Below are positions 1 to 9,485 of a stretch of DNA of 32,000 nucleotides, one piece after another (the first letter of the stretch is position 1; every line of letters starts with the position of its first letter). The notes beneath the pieces are model-generated. The model searched no databases. It had not been told where the DNA came from and saw only the letters and a list, made by a program, of their open reading frames with translations. Location: the NCBI RefSeq assembly GCF_000011805.1, contig NC_006841.2; one strand, given 5' to 3'. Position numbers and translations under genes: made by a program. Source of the stretch: Aliivibrio fischeri ES114 (GTDB lineage Bacteria; Pseudomonadota; Gammaproteobacteria; Enterobacterales; Vibrionaceae).

Positions 1-1
1 A

Positions 2-490
2 GGGGCGGTTCGTACTGACTTTATTCTTTCAGCTGAAATTATTGTGATTGCATTAGGTACAGTGCAAGGGCATCCATTTTTAACACAAGTATTGGTCATG
101 AGTTTAATTGCGGTATTAATGACGATTGGTGTTTATGGCTTAGTTGCAGGTATTGTCAAAATGGATGATCTTGGGTTTTACTTACAACGAAAAAGTGAAG
201 GTAAAGGCGTTATTGGTTCTATTGGTAATGGGTTAGTAGCAATGGCACCTAAGCTTATGAAATTACTGACGGTTGTTGGTACCATTGCTATGTTTTTAGT
301 CGGTGGTGGTATTGTGGTACATAGCCTTCCATTTGTTCATCATGCACTAGAAAGTGTGACGAATCTGCTTCCTTCTATTCCTTATGTGTCTGCAACATAT
401 CCAACGATTGGGAATGGATTTATTGGATTATTTAGTGGTTTTCTTTTGCTCTTTATTATGGCTATGTATCAAAAAGTAAAATCAAAATAA
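2..490 (+). CDS. DUF808 (YedI-like) inner membrane protein, C-terminal part; 5' end lies outside the window
   Basis: The reading frame is open from base 2 (GAVRTDFILSAEIIVIALGTVQGH...) through the track ORF at 44. Multiple hydrophobic segments; the sequence resembles the DUF808 family. Confidence 0.8.
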   Translation, partial: GAVRTDFILSAEIIVIALGTVQGHPFLTQVLVMSLIAVLMTIGVYGLVAGIVKMDDLGFYLQRKSEGKGVIGSIGNGLVAMAPKLMKLLTVVGTIAMFLVGGGIVVHSLPFVHHALESVTNLLPSIPYVSATYPTIGNGFIGLFSGFLLLFIMAMYQKVKSK

Positions 491-492
491 TA

Positions 493-867
493 CTATTGAT
501 CGTCTGTAAACTTAATAGCGATGGCTTCGGCGTTACCGCGTTCGAAGCCTGTATTTCCACCACCTTTTAATCCCCAAGTTCCTTCCTGTGATGCTCTAAC
601 AATAATAGCGTCAGCACCCAACTTTTCAGCTTCATCCTGTAGTTTTGCAACCATTCCTTCGTTACTTCTATCGTGAAAAATTGTTTGGCCAGTTTGGGTA
701 TTAATGATCCCGAGTTCAGTGTAGGTTCTCTCTGTTGGAGGACTATAGAAAACTTCTACAGGATGGGTATTCACGGAATTTTGATTGGTTACAGTTGTCG
801 TCTTTGCACAACCAAAAAGGAATAGGCTTGAGATGATAACGAGAGATTTAATAAAAAATGATTTCAT
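493..867 (-). CDS. Small lipoprotein of unknown function
   Basis: 124 aa; signal peptide with lipobox LFLFGC; 'EAEKLGADAIIV' segment reminiscent of YbjQ/RcsF-like folds. Confidence 0.65.
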   Translation of the reverse strand: MKSFFIKSLVIISSLFLFGCAKTTTVTNQNSVNTHPVEVFYSPPTERTYTELGIINTQTGQTIFHDRSNEGMVAKLQDEAEKLGADAIIVRASQEGTWGLKGGGNTGFERGNAEAIAIKFTDDQ

Positions 868-1129
868 ATTTGCCTCTGTAGTTTTAAAAGAGAAACAAGC
901 CGATGCATGGAATCACCGGTTGTTTGAGGGATTGACGTAAACCTATATTAATTAATGTTCATGTACCGCTTCATAAAGCTTAGCATCGTTCCGCTTTAAG
1001 TAAGCTTTATCTTCAGTATTGATCTACATATTAAAGAAATTGGTGCGTTTAAAAAGAGAGAGCACACTATACTAACTATTTATAATATAAATGTATTGGT
1101 GCGCTATTTAAGTGCAAGTAAGGGAGTTG

Positions 1130-2038
1130 ATGATGTCAAAACAAAAAGATTTTGATATGAATCTATTACGGGTTTTTGTGTCCGTATGTCAAACAGGTTC
1201 GTTTACTAAAGCATCAGAAGAGTTAGATTTAACACAATCCTCTGTAAGTAATGCTATTCGCCGTTTAAAAAAGGCATTAGGCAACGAGTTATTTACGAGA
1301 TCTGGACGTGGTATCGAGATGACGGCTTTTGGAAAACACTTTTTTGAATCTGTGGAGCCGTCCGTTATGTCTCTAGTGAATATCATTGGTCGAGATGATA
1401 GGTTTGAGCCTTTGACATCGTCACGAAATTTTATTGTGTATGCTTTAGAGTCTGCATTACCGCGTCTGCAAATACGTTTAAGAGAGTTACTAAAGGATAG
1501 CAATATTACAGTGACGTTAAAGGAGCTTCCTAGCAATGAAGAAGAAACATTTGATGCATTGATGCGTGAAAAAGTGGATTTGGTACTTGATGTGATGAAA
1601 CCGCATCAATCTTCTTTAAAAAGTGTGATTGTTTCTGAAGATGCCGCTTGTTGCATCGCACGTATTGGACACCCTCGAATACTTGGAGAAATGACTCATG
1701 AATAGTATTTTAATGAGGCTCATGCATTTCTAAATATGCGAAGAGTAAAACAAACGATTACGGAATATTTAGCTAAAGAAGAACTACCAAAAAGAACTAT
1801 GGGGAGCGAACATACGTCCATGCTTGGTATGATGGCTTGTGTTTCTCAATCTGATTTTGTTGGTGTTAACTCTGTTCGATTAGTTTCACAATATAAAGAA
1901 CAATTTAAATTGCAAATGTTGCCATTACCTTTCTCAACACGTACAACTTCAATTCATATGATTTGGTCCATAAAGTCGCAAAGCAATAGTGCAAATCAAT
2001 GGCTGCGAGAATTGATCATCGCAGCCGAAAGAGATTAA
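1130..2038 (+). pseudogene. LysR-family transcriptional regulator interrupted by an in-frame TAG at 1703-1705
   Basis: ORFs 1112-1705 and 1736-2038 are in the same frame. Reading through the TAG gives GEMTHE*YFNEAHAFLNMRRVKQTITEYL, continuous LysR effector-domain sequence. The N-terminus has a LysR HTH (MNLLRVFVSVCQTGSFTKASEELDLTQSSVSNAIRRLKKALGNELFTR). ATG at 1130 follows an AAGGGAG ribosome binding site; the 1112 GTG is less likely. Confidence 0.8.
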
Positions 2039-2048
2039 ACGCCTTAAC

Positions 2049-3059
2049 TTAAGGAACCAACCAAGCGGTTGCTTTTGATTTAGATAGAAGCCAACTTAAT
2101 AGTAATGCACCAGAACCACTAAGAATAATCCAAACAGGAATAACCCATAAAGGATGGCCTGTATACCAACCATAATTTTTCATTGGCCATAAGAAGATAG
2201 GGTGGAGTAAGTAAATACCTAAACTGTATTTACTGATGAATCCAATGATAGTCTGAGATTTATCAGAGAGTGATTCTCCAAAGTATCTGCATACATAAAA
2301 AAGCATTGCAGCAGCGGCAACGGTATTAATGGTTTTGTAAGAAAGCCATCGCCCTACTGTATATTCGCCTAGCGCTACACTTTGGTTTATTACCATGAAA
2401 ACGGTTGTGATAAGAGCAAAGGCACCTAAGCTGATAGCAATAGTTAGATTCCTCTTGCTCAGGTTAATGCGTTGATAAAGTGTATAACCAAGCAGTAGAT
2501 AACCACTATATAACCAAATTTCCATACTCCAAATACCTTCGAATTTAATTAGATAGAAACAGGTTGTTAGCAACCAAATTCCGAGCAAAGAAAAAAGAGC
2601 AGTATCATCTAATTTCTGCACTAAGACTCTTAGAAAAGGAATAATAAAATAGAGTGGTATAAAGTAATAAAAGAAACCTAAGTGGTAGTACGTATATTCA
2701 AAAGGTAAGTCTATAAGTACTGATTTAGCTGAGTTGAAGTCGTAACCTTGGGCTGTTAATCCTGAAAATAACGCATAGAAAACTGACCAAAAAAGAAAGG
2801 GTATTAATACTTTCCCTAGACGCTTTTTTATATAATAAGATGGATTAAATTCTCGCTGGTCACTCAGCATTAAAGCCCCTGTTATCATGATAAAAACAGG
2901 AACAGCCCAACGACTTAGTCCGTTTATGGTAACAGCGCTTGCCCATTGATCAAAAGGAATTACATTCAACTCATTACGATATGGGGCTAAGACATGAATG
3001 GCTACAACGGCAATTGCAGCTATGCACCTTAGTAAATCAAAAAAGAAGACTCTTCCCAT
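2049..3059 (-). CDS. Acyltransferase family 3 (OafA/YiaH-type) membrane protein
   Basis: N-terminal FFDLLRCIAAIAVVAIHV motif and about 10 hydrophobic segments typical of acyltransferase_3. Confidence 0.85.
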   Translation of the reverse strand: MGRVFFFDLLRCIAAIAVVAIHVLAPYRNELNVIPFDQWASAVTINGLSRWAVPVFIMITGALMLSDQREFNPSYYIKKRLGKVLIPFLFWSVFYALFSGLTAQGYDFNSAKSVLIDLPFEYTYYHLGFFYYFIPLYFIIPFLRVLVQKLDDTALFSLLGIWLLTTCFYLIKFEGIWSMEIWLYSGYLLLGYTLYQRINLSKRNLTIAISLGAFALITTVFMVINQSVALGEYTVGRWLSYKTINTVAAAAMLFYVCRYFGESLSDKSQTIIGFISKYSLGIYLLHPIFLWPMKNYGWYTGHPLWVIPVWIILSGSGALLLSWLLSKSKATAWLVP

Positions 3060-3295
3060 AATATTCCATCCTAATTTAGTGAATTTTTAGTGTAGCAAAT
3101 AGATAATCAGTTTTATGTATTAGCTCAAGTATTGTCTCTTTATAACGCAATCCTCTTTAACTGATGTCCTAGAATTGTAAGTTACATAAAAAATGTTAAC
3201 ACAAACGTAAATTAACTAATGTAACTGGGATTGCTTAATAAACAACAATTTTATGATGTATTATTAACATTAGCTATTAAATAATTATTTAAGGA

Positions 3296-4261
3296 GTGAA
3301 TATGAAAATTGTTGCAGGAGCACTGATTGCACTTTTTGCGTGTTCAATAAGCGCAGAAGAAGATTCTGATTATACTATTAGCCCATATATTGTTGGTGGT
3401 AGTGATGCTAACGTTGCTGATTATGCGTTTATGGCATCCTTAATGTACGAGTATGATAATCAACCTGGTACTATTTACCCGTTTTGTGGTGGCTCTGTCT
3501 TGGATAGTATGCATATTTTAACCGCAGCGCATTGTGTCTATGATGTTCCTAATTTTACTGTTGGTGATATGAAAGTGGTTATTGAAGCAAATGATGGCCA
3601 AGATATGTTGTCTGCCGACAAAGTTCCCGTTGAGAAAATTTATTATCCAAGTGATTATGATGATGATTCATTATTAAATGATGTTGCTGTTTTAAAACTG
3701 AGTCGCCCATTAACTAATTATACGTCAGGACATGTTGCAGAATTAGGGGATTTAGCTGAACAAGGATACCGTACTACTGATACAGATTTTACTATTGTCG
3801 GCTATGGGCGCTTAGGCTCTAATCAAGCAAATTCAAACGTAGATTTCTTATCAGCTACAGTGAAATATGTTGATCCAGGTGCGTGCGATATTTGGTCTAA
3901 TTTTACGACTTCAAACAAACAAGTATGTACAACCGGAAGCTCACTTGGGAACGGATTAGTAACGGCTACCTGCCAAGGAGATTCAGGCGGACCATTGGTT
4001 TGGGACAATAATGGAGTTAAAACTCAAATAGGTATCGTTAGTTTTGGTCCTGGTGTGTGCGGTGATGAAGCTTTAGTAGCACAGTCAGTGTTTACTGATG
4101 TAAGCCAATATAAGTCATGGATACGACAAGCACAAAATGGAGAAATAGCTCCAACTATTACAGCAAGCAGCGGTGGTGGATCTGGTGGTTCAATCTCTTT
4201 TGCTAGCTTTGTTAGTCTCGTTGCATTTGGTTTGTACCGACGAAGAAAAACGAGCTTTTAA
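3296..4261 (+). CDS. Secreted trypsin-like serine protease with GlyGly-CTERM sorting signal
   Basis: Signal peptide; S1 triad motifs LTAAHC, NDVAVLKL, GDSGGP; C-terminus SGGGSGGSISFASFVSLVAFGLYRRRK (Gly-rich, TM, basic). Confidence 0.92.
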   Translation: MNMKIVAGALIALFACSISAEEDSDYTISPYIVGGSDANVADYAFMASLMYEYDNQPGTIYPFCGGSVLDSMHILTAAHCVYDVPNFTVGDMKVVIEANDGQDMLSADKVPVEKIYYPSDYDDDSLLNDVAVLKLSRPLTNYTSGHVAELGDLAEQGYRTTDTDFTIVGYGRLGSNQANSNVDFLSATVKYVDPGACDIWSNFTTSNKQVCTTGSSLGNGLVTATCQGDSGGPLVWDNNGVKTQIGIVSFGPGVCGDEALVAQSVFTDVSQYKSWIRQAQNGEIAPTITASSGGGSGGSISFASFVSLVAFGLYRRRKTSF

Positions 4262-4276
4262 TGTTGGAATAAATAG

Positions 4277-4306
4277 AAAAGGCATAGTATTCGACTATGC
4301 CTTTTT
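4277..4306. terminator. Bidirectional Rho-independent terminator between the protease and desaturase genes
   Basis: AAAAGGCATAGT-ATTCG-ACTATGCCTTTTT hairpin between convergent genes. Confidence 0.8.
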
Positions 4307-4320
4307 AGTATTAAGAATGC

Positions 4321-5448
4321 TTATACGTATTGAAGAACAAGACGATTCCAAACTCTCTTTTGATGTTCAAATTGCATTTTTATTTGTTTATGTTGGACAT
4401 TTAAAAGTGCTAATTCATATTTTTTCGATAACGTGTCTTTTTTATTCTCGATTAACTGTTTTTTTGAATCGTAGTATTCAGCCATCCTTTCAATTAATGC
4501 GTCATACTCAGCTTCTAAATGTTCTTTAATTGCATGGTAATTATGTAATGTAGCAATTTTACTTTCTGCTTTTTTACGTAACATGAGCGCTTTGGCTTTT
4601 TCTATTTTTGCTTGTGGACTAACACGAAGTTTATGAGCTAGGCCTAGCAATGAGCAGGTTTTAATAAACCATTTTGTTGGATCATATTGCCACCAGTAAA
4701 TTCCATTTCGGTAGTCATTTTCAAAAATGTGGTGGTAATTATGATAGCCTTCACCAAAAGTGAAAATAGCTAAAAATCCGTTATCTCGAGCTGTATTTTT
4801 TTCTGTATAAGGTTGAGATCCCCAGATGTGAGCTAATGAGTTAATAAAGAACGTTGTGTGATGACTTAATGTTAGACGAACAGCTCCTACCATTAATAGC
4901 ATGCCTATGATATCGCCATAGATAACGCCTAATAATAGAGGTACGCCAATATTCATTATAAGCGCTAAGACAATATAGTGTTTGTGTTGCCACATGAGGA
5001 TATTGTCTTTTTGTAAATCTCGACAGTTGCCATAATCGTTATAGGTAGCTGGTTTATAATGACGTAGCATCCAACCAATATGAGAGAACCAAAAACCACG
5101 CTTAGCTGAGTAGGGGTCTTTGTCATTATCATCAACATGACGATGATGAATACGATGATCAGATGACCAATGAAGTGCGCTATTTTGTAATGCAAAAGCC
5201 CCACCTAGAGCGAAAATGAAACGTAATGCTGGATGGGCGTTATATGCTTTGTGCGACCATAAACGGTGATAACCAGCAGTTATGGATAGGTTACAGAAGC
5301 TAAAAGTTAAAAGTAACCAGATCCAATGTTCACTGCCTAGTGGATTGTAATAAGCATAAATAGGGGTCGCAACAAATGCGAGTAGGAAGCTAGATGTAAA
5401 AATAAATACATTTAGCCAAATAATTGATGGTTTGGTTCCTTGATTCAT
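4321..5448 (-). CDS. Acyl-CoA/fatty acid desaturase (delta-9 type)
   Basis: Histidine boxes HRLWSH, HRIHHRHVDD, GEGYHNYHH; membrane-spanning segments. Confidence 0.9.
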   Translation of the reverse strand: MNQGTKPSIIWLNVFIFTSSFLLAFVATPIYAYYNPLGSEHWIWLLLTFSFCNLSITAGYHRLWSHKAYNAHPALRFIFALGGAFALQNSALHWSSDHRIHHRHVDDNDKDPYSAKRGFWFSHIGWMLRHYKPATYNDYGNCRDLQKDNILMWQHKHYIVLALIMNIGVPLLLGVIYGDIIGMLLMVGAVRLTLSHHTTFFINSLAHIWGSQPYTEKNTARDNGFLAIFTFGEGYHNYHHIFENDYRNGIYWWQYDPTKWFIKTCSLLGLAHKLRVSPQAKIEKAKALMLRKKAESKIATLHNYHAIKEHLEAEYDALIERMAEYYDSKKQLIENKKDTLSKKYELALLNVQHKQIKMQFEHQKRVWNRLVLQYV

Positions 5449-5580
5449 TTTGTAATATCCATTTAAGCGTACAGTTGTGCGCTAGAATAGTTTGAGATTA
5501 AATTATAGTCAAGAACAGACATTTAAGAATATGTAACAAATGCGATATAATTCAAGTCGAATTAAGTTTAGGGAAACAAC

Positions 5581-5817
5581 ATGAAAATCTCATTTTCTGA
5601 AGGGGATATTATTGCTAATCAACGTGAGATAGTTATTCGATTAAGCAATAAATCAAGAACAACTCTACAAGCCGAAGTGGATGCAATTACTTTAATTGGT
5701 GGAGCAAATGTTATTAATGCTGTAGGCAGTGGTGCAAAATGGTCAGTTAAGCTAGATGATGAAGTGCAACTGCAACAATTGGCCGAAGAGATCGGTATTG
5801 CAGTTGAATACTATTAA
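5581..5817 (+). CDS. Small conserved protein, DUF3389-like
   Basis: 78 aa ORF resembling the Vibrio DUF3389 family; GGAACAACATG ribosome binding site context. Family call is from memory. Confidence 0.6.
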   Translation: MKISFSEGDIIANQREIVIRLSNKSRTTLQAEVDAITLIGGANVINAVGSGAKWSVKLDDEVQLQQLAEEIGIAVEYY

Positions 5818-5826
5818 TTGACAATA

Positions 5827-7062
5827 TTAATCCTCAGGTGAAACAATTTGGTTTTTCCCTTGTTGTTTCGCTTGATACATATTCTTGTCCGCCGTTTGAA
5901 TCAAGGATTCAATATTACAATTACTAGTTTGACACTGGCTTATGCCAATACTGGCAGTTACGATGTGGTGATGATCAGAAAATTGATATACTTCTAATTC
6001 ACATTTTTTTAAAATGGTTGTGGCAATAGCTTTTGCTTGTTTCAAACTATGATTTGAAAGAAAAACAATAAATTCTTCTCCCCCCCAGCGACCGACAATA
6101 CCCGATTCGTCAACGGCTTTTTTACATAAATTAGCAAAACGGACGATCACTTCATCACCTGAAGCGTGCCCAAATTGATCATTAATCCATTTAAAATCAT
6201 CAATATCGATGAGCAAGCAGATTTCAGAACAAGTGTCACTATCGATGATTTTTTGGTTAAGCTTTTCAGTTATCGCTCTGCGATTAAATAGGCCTGTTAA
6301 GTCATCATGTGATGCTTGATATTCTATTTGACGTTCAAGATGGTATTTTTCAGTCACATCAATAATTGAGGTCTGTATTGCCGGTAGGCCTCCCCAATCA
6401 ATGACACTTTCAAATAGTTGAAAATAACGAGTTTGACCGTCAAAGCAGATGTTTTCAACAACATCATTGGTTGAGGTTAATTCTTTTGAGATCAGTTGTT
6501 GATATAGATTGCGAGCATTTTTTTGGTTGTACTCAGGTATAAGACACATAAAACTATCTAATGCCATCACTTCTGCCACAGAGTTTGCTTTTATTAGATC
6601 AACAAAAGCAGGATTTACCATTAGTGGTTTGAAATCTCTATGAACCAGAATGCCTTGTAATGAATGCCAAATAAGATCTTTGTATTTCTGCTCCTGCTCA
6701 AGGATTTGTTGGTTAGCCTGATCAATCGTTGACATATCAATTACTGTAATTTGTAGTGCAGGCGACCCTTGCCATTCAACAACATGATCGACAGTCAATA
6801 CAGAAAAAATTCTGCCTTGAGTATCTTGGTTAACGTATGAACGGACTTTAGGTGTTTCTTTACCTTGCATAACATCATTATAAGCTTGTTGGGCTATTTG
6901 ATGGTATTTTGGATCGATAATATCGAATAACGAACTAAGGTTCATCACCTCTTGAGCTGATTCGAAACCAAACAGTTGTGCGTATTTTTCATCAACAAAT
7001 AGCGGAGTGAAATCTCGATGAATAACGACGCCATACATTGAGTCTATATGGATTGGTTTCAT
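5827..7062 (-). CDS. Diguanylate cyclase with two PAS domains and GGDEF domain
   Basis: HDDLTGLFNRRAI and GRWGGEEF active-site motif; two tandem PAS-like segments (GVVIHRDFTPLF..., GILVHRDFKPLM...). Confidence 0.92.
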   Translation of the reverse strand: MKPIHIDSMYGVVIHRDFTPLFVDEKYAQLFGFESAQEVMNLSSLFDIIDPKYHQIAQQAYNDVMQGKETPKVRSYVNQDTQGRIFSVLTVDHVVEWQGSPALQITVIDMSTIDQANQQILEQEQKYKDLIWHSLQGILVHRDFKPLMVNPAFVDLIKANSVAEVMALDSFMCLIPEYNQKNARNLYQQLISKELTSTNDVVENICFDGQTRYFQLFESVIDWGGLPAIQTSIIDVTEKYHLERQIEYQASHDDLTGLFNRRAITEKLNQKIIDSDTCSEICLLIDIDDFKWINDQFGHASGDEVIVRFANLCKKAVDESGIVGRWGGEEFIVFLSNHSLKQAKAIATTILKKCELEVYQFSDHHHIVTASIGISQCQTSNCNIESLIQTADKNMYQAKQQGKNQIVSPED

Positions 7063-7265
7063 GGAATACCTTAGAACGTGAATCAGTGACCTATATGGTA
7101 TACCTTTATGAGAAATAAGGGAAATTTACGAGCTACATTAGTGAGATAGGTAATGATACTACTATCATTATGCAGTTTTTATGTGATCAAAAAGGAGTTT
7201 TAAGAGATTTTTTGAAACCTAGGCGCTAATAAGATCTCGGAAGTATTTTCATTTTCGACAGATAC

Positions 7266-7295
7266 AAAAAAGGCATCGTCTTTGGACAATGCCTT
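7266..7295 (-). terminator. Rho-independent terminator downstream of the decayed tRNA copy
   Basis: Minus strand GGCATTGTC-CAAA-GACGATGCC-TTTTTT. Confidence 0.75.
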
Positions 7296-7303
7296 CGTTG
7301 TAG

Positions 7304-7412
7304 TGGCGGAGCGGACGGGACTTTCTATCTCACCTTGAGAGCAGCACGACCCTCGGCGTGTCAGGCCGCTAAGCTCTCCAATAAAAAGCCTAACCAACTG
7401 AACTACCGCTCT
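7304..7412 (-). pseudogene. Degenerate tRNA-Asp copy with insertions (109 nt vs 77 nt)
   Basis: Shares GTTCAGTTGGTTAG, GGCCTG.CACGCC and AGTCCCGTCCGCTCCGCCA with the intact tRNA-Asp at 7510-7586. It carries extra sequence in the D/anticodon-arm junction and the variable/T-arm region, a mismatched first acceptor pair, and GAC in place of GTC. Confidence 0.85.
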
Positions 7413-7471
7413 AATTTTTGCAACCCAGACTTTATCTGGAACTCGGAAGTATTTTCATTTTCGACAGATAC

Positions 7472-7500
7472 AAAAAAGGCATCGTCTTTCGACAATGCCT
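7472..7500 (-). terminator. Rho-independent terminator downstream of tRNA-Asp
   Basis: Minus strand GGCATTGTC-GAAA-GACGATGCC-TTTTTT, immediately 3' of the tRNA-Asp CCA. Confidence 0.8.
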
Positions 7501-7509
7501 TTGTTGTGT

Positions 7510-7586
7510 TGGCGGAGCGGACGGGACTCGAACCCGCGACCCCCGGCGTGACAGGCCGGTATTCTAACCAACTGAACTACCGCTCC
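7510..7586 (-). tRNA. tRNA-Asp (anticodon GTC)
   Basis: Minus strand GGAGCGGTAGTTCAGTTGGTTAGAATACCGGCCTGTCACGCCGGGGGTCGCGGGTTCGAGTCCCGTCCGCTCCGCCA; full cloverleaf with encoded CCA. Confidence 0.97.
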
Positions 7587-7625
7587 AATTTTTTGAAACC
7601 CAGACTCTATCTGAATCTCGAAAAG

Positions 7626-7716
7626 TGGCGGAGGGATAGGGATTTGAACCCTAGAAGGGCTATTAACCCTTGCCGGTTTTCAAGACCGGTGCTTTCGACC
7701 ACTCAGCCATCCCTCC
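7626..7716 (-). tRNA. tRNA-Ser (anticodon TGA)
   Basis: Minus strand GGAGGGATGGCTGAGTGGTCGAAAGCACCGGTCTTGAAAACCGGCAAGGGTTAATAGCCCTTCTAGGGTTCAAATCCCTATCCCTCCGCCA; long variable arm, encoded CCA. Confidence 0.97.
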
Positions 7717-7798
7717 AACGCGGTGAATAATAGTAATCTTTAGTTTTTAAGTAAAGTACTTTTTTGAAAAAAGAGTTTAAGCGTTTAAAAAATAAACG

Positions 7799-8329
7799 TT
7801 ATTCTGCATTTTTTTCGACATCGACTAAATAATCGCCTTCTAACCAGTTGCGACCAATAAGTAATTTATAGTCGAGCTTACTGCGATCACGTAAGTTAAC
7901 AGCTACTTTCTTTTCTTCACCATTGAATCGTAAATGCATGCGTACTGCGTATCGACGTTCTACACCTTGTGCATTTCGGATTTTGCTTACTTTAATGATT
8001 CGTCCAGTATGTTCTTTTGCAACGTTGTCTTCGTTATAAGTTGTGAACTTAACAGTATCACCAAGATGATCACGCATATCATCACTTTCATCTTCTTGGT
8101 TTATTATTTGGATATTGGTTGCGTGAATTGACGTTGTTGCTGCACCTGTATCGATACGAGCTTCATAATCGGTATTAAGTTCATCAACGTGAATAGTTTC
8201 AATTTGTCCAACAATGGTTTTATTTGAACAGCTCTCATGAGCAAAAACAGAAGATGATAGTAACAATAGACTAATAGATAAAATGATTTTGTTCATAACA
8301 ACCTTTATGTAAGTAAAAATAAAGTTCAA
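7799..8329 (-). CDS. Exported retropepsin-like protein ('ATP-dependent zinc protease' family); start probably at an internal Met giving MNKIILSISLLLL
   Basis: EARIDTGAATTSIHA aspartic protease-like motif, signal peptide, LLIGRNWLEG C-terminal motif. Confidence 0.82.
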   Translation of the reverse strand: MNFIFTYIKVVMNKIILSISLLLLSSSVFAHESCSNKTIVGQIETIHVDELNTDYEARIDTGAATTSIHATNIQIINQEDESDDMRDHLGDTVKFTTYNEDNVAKEHTGRIIKVSKIRNAQGVERRYAVRMHLRFNGEEKKVAVNLRDRSKLDYKLLIGRNWLEGDYLVDVEKNAE

Positions 8330-8400
8330 TAAGGGTGAAGTGTAGACGCTTATTTTGGAAAGGAGTTCAGGTTTGTGTAAAAAGTTTGAACAACAAATAT

Positions 8401-8429
8401 AAAAAAGGCGATAACTATCGCTATCGCCT
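8401..8429 (-). terminator. Terminator downstream of the terC-family gene
   Basis: Minus strand GGCGATA-GCGATAGT-TATCGCC-TTTTTT. Confidence 0.7.
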
Positions 8430-8441
8430 TAAAAGTTTCTT

Positions 8442-9398
8442 TTAATCTTGTATTTCTTGTTGCTGAGAACGGTTTTTATAGATAGAACCGATAATCGCTA
8501 AGGTAATGATTGCAACGATAGTTAATAATGAGATAACCGTTGGAACTTCGTATTTTGTACCAACCAAGAACATTTTTATACCGATAAAGCTCAGTATGAA
8601 TGCCAATGCAGGTTGTAGGTAGCAGAATTTATCAAGCATGCCTTGAAGAACAAAATACAATGAACGTAAACCCAATAGTGCAAACACATTTGCAGCAAAA
8701 ACCAAGAAAGGTTCTTGTGTAATCGCAAAAATTGCAGGAATTGAGTCTAAAGCGAACATAATATCAGTAAACATAATTACAATAACCACTAGTAATAGAG
8801 GTGTTGCAATTGTTTTTCCGCTTACTTTAGCAAACAGTTGATTGCCATGGTATTTGTCATCAAATGGGATGTGCTTTTTAAAGAACATAACTAATTTTGA
8901 TGATGCAAAATCACTGTTTTCTTCTGTATCTGCAAACCACAACTTCACACCAGTAATGATTAGGAATACAGCAAAAATGTATAGGATCCAGTGGTACTGA
9001 GCTAATAATTCTGCGCCAACAAAAATCATTACTGCACGTAAAGCAAGGGCACCAATAATACCCCATAACAGAATACGTGGACGGCTTGATTCAGGGACAG
9101 CAAATTGACTAAAAATTAATGCGAAAACAAACAGGTTATCGACACTTAACATTTTTTCAAGCAAATAGCCGGTAAGGAAAGCAACACTAGCATCGGTGCG
9201 TGTATAACTACTTTCTGGAGCCATTAATGGCCAGTAAAGATAAATGACAGCACAAAAAACAAATGCAAGAGCAAACCAGAATAAAGACCAAACTAATGCT
9301 TTTTTAAGGCTTGGTGTATCTTTTCTTGTTTGAAATAGATCAAGAGCGAACATAGCGAGAACAACGAAACCAAAAAGTTCCCAAGTTAACGGTGACAT
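8442..9398 (-). CDS. TerC/Alx-family integral membrane protein
   Basis: FTDIMFALDSIPAIFAITQEPFLVFAANVFALLGLRSLYF, characteristic of TerC/Alx. Confidence 0.92.
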   Translation of the reverse strand: MSPLTWELFGFVVLAMFALDLFQTRKDTPSLKKALVWSLFWFALAFVFCAVIYLYWPLMAPESSYTRTDASVAFLTGYLLEKMLSVDNLFVFALIFSQFAVPESSRPRILLWGIIGALALRAVMIFVGAELLAQYHWILYIFAVFLIITGVKLWFADTEENSDFASSKLVMFFKKHIPFDDKYHGNQLFAKVSGKTIATPLLLVVIVIMFTDIMFALDSIPAIFAITQEPFLVFAANVFALLGLRSLYFVLQGMLDKFCYLQPALAFILSFIGIKMFLVGTKYEVPTVISLLTIVAIITLAIIGSIYKNRSQQQEIQD

Positions 9399-9485
9399 AA
9401 GTATTCCTTAAATAGAGGCGAAAGGAATAGGCATGAATAAAGAGCATAGACCTTCCACCACAAACAATAAAAATTAATGTTATGG

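Noticed and set aside
1189-1536. 115-aa antisense ORF within the LysR gene
   Set aside because: No start/RBS support or recognisable domain; the sense frame explains the sequence.
4173-4529. 118-aa plus-strand ORF over the protease/desaturase junction
   Set aside because: It spans the bidirectional terminator and runs antisense to the desaturase; not plausible coding.
7200-7730. ORFs 7200-7397 and 7335-7730 across the tRNA region
   Set aside because: They are translations of tRNA genes and spacers; the repeated SNQLNYRSNF peptide derives from tRNA-Asp and its decayed copy.
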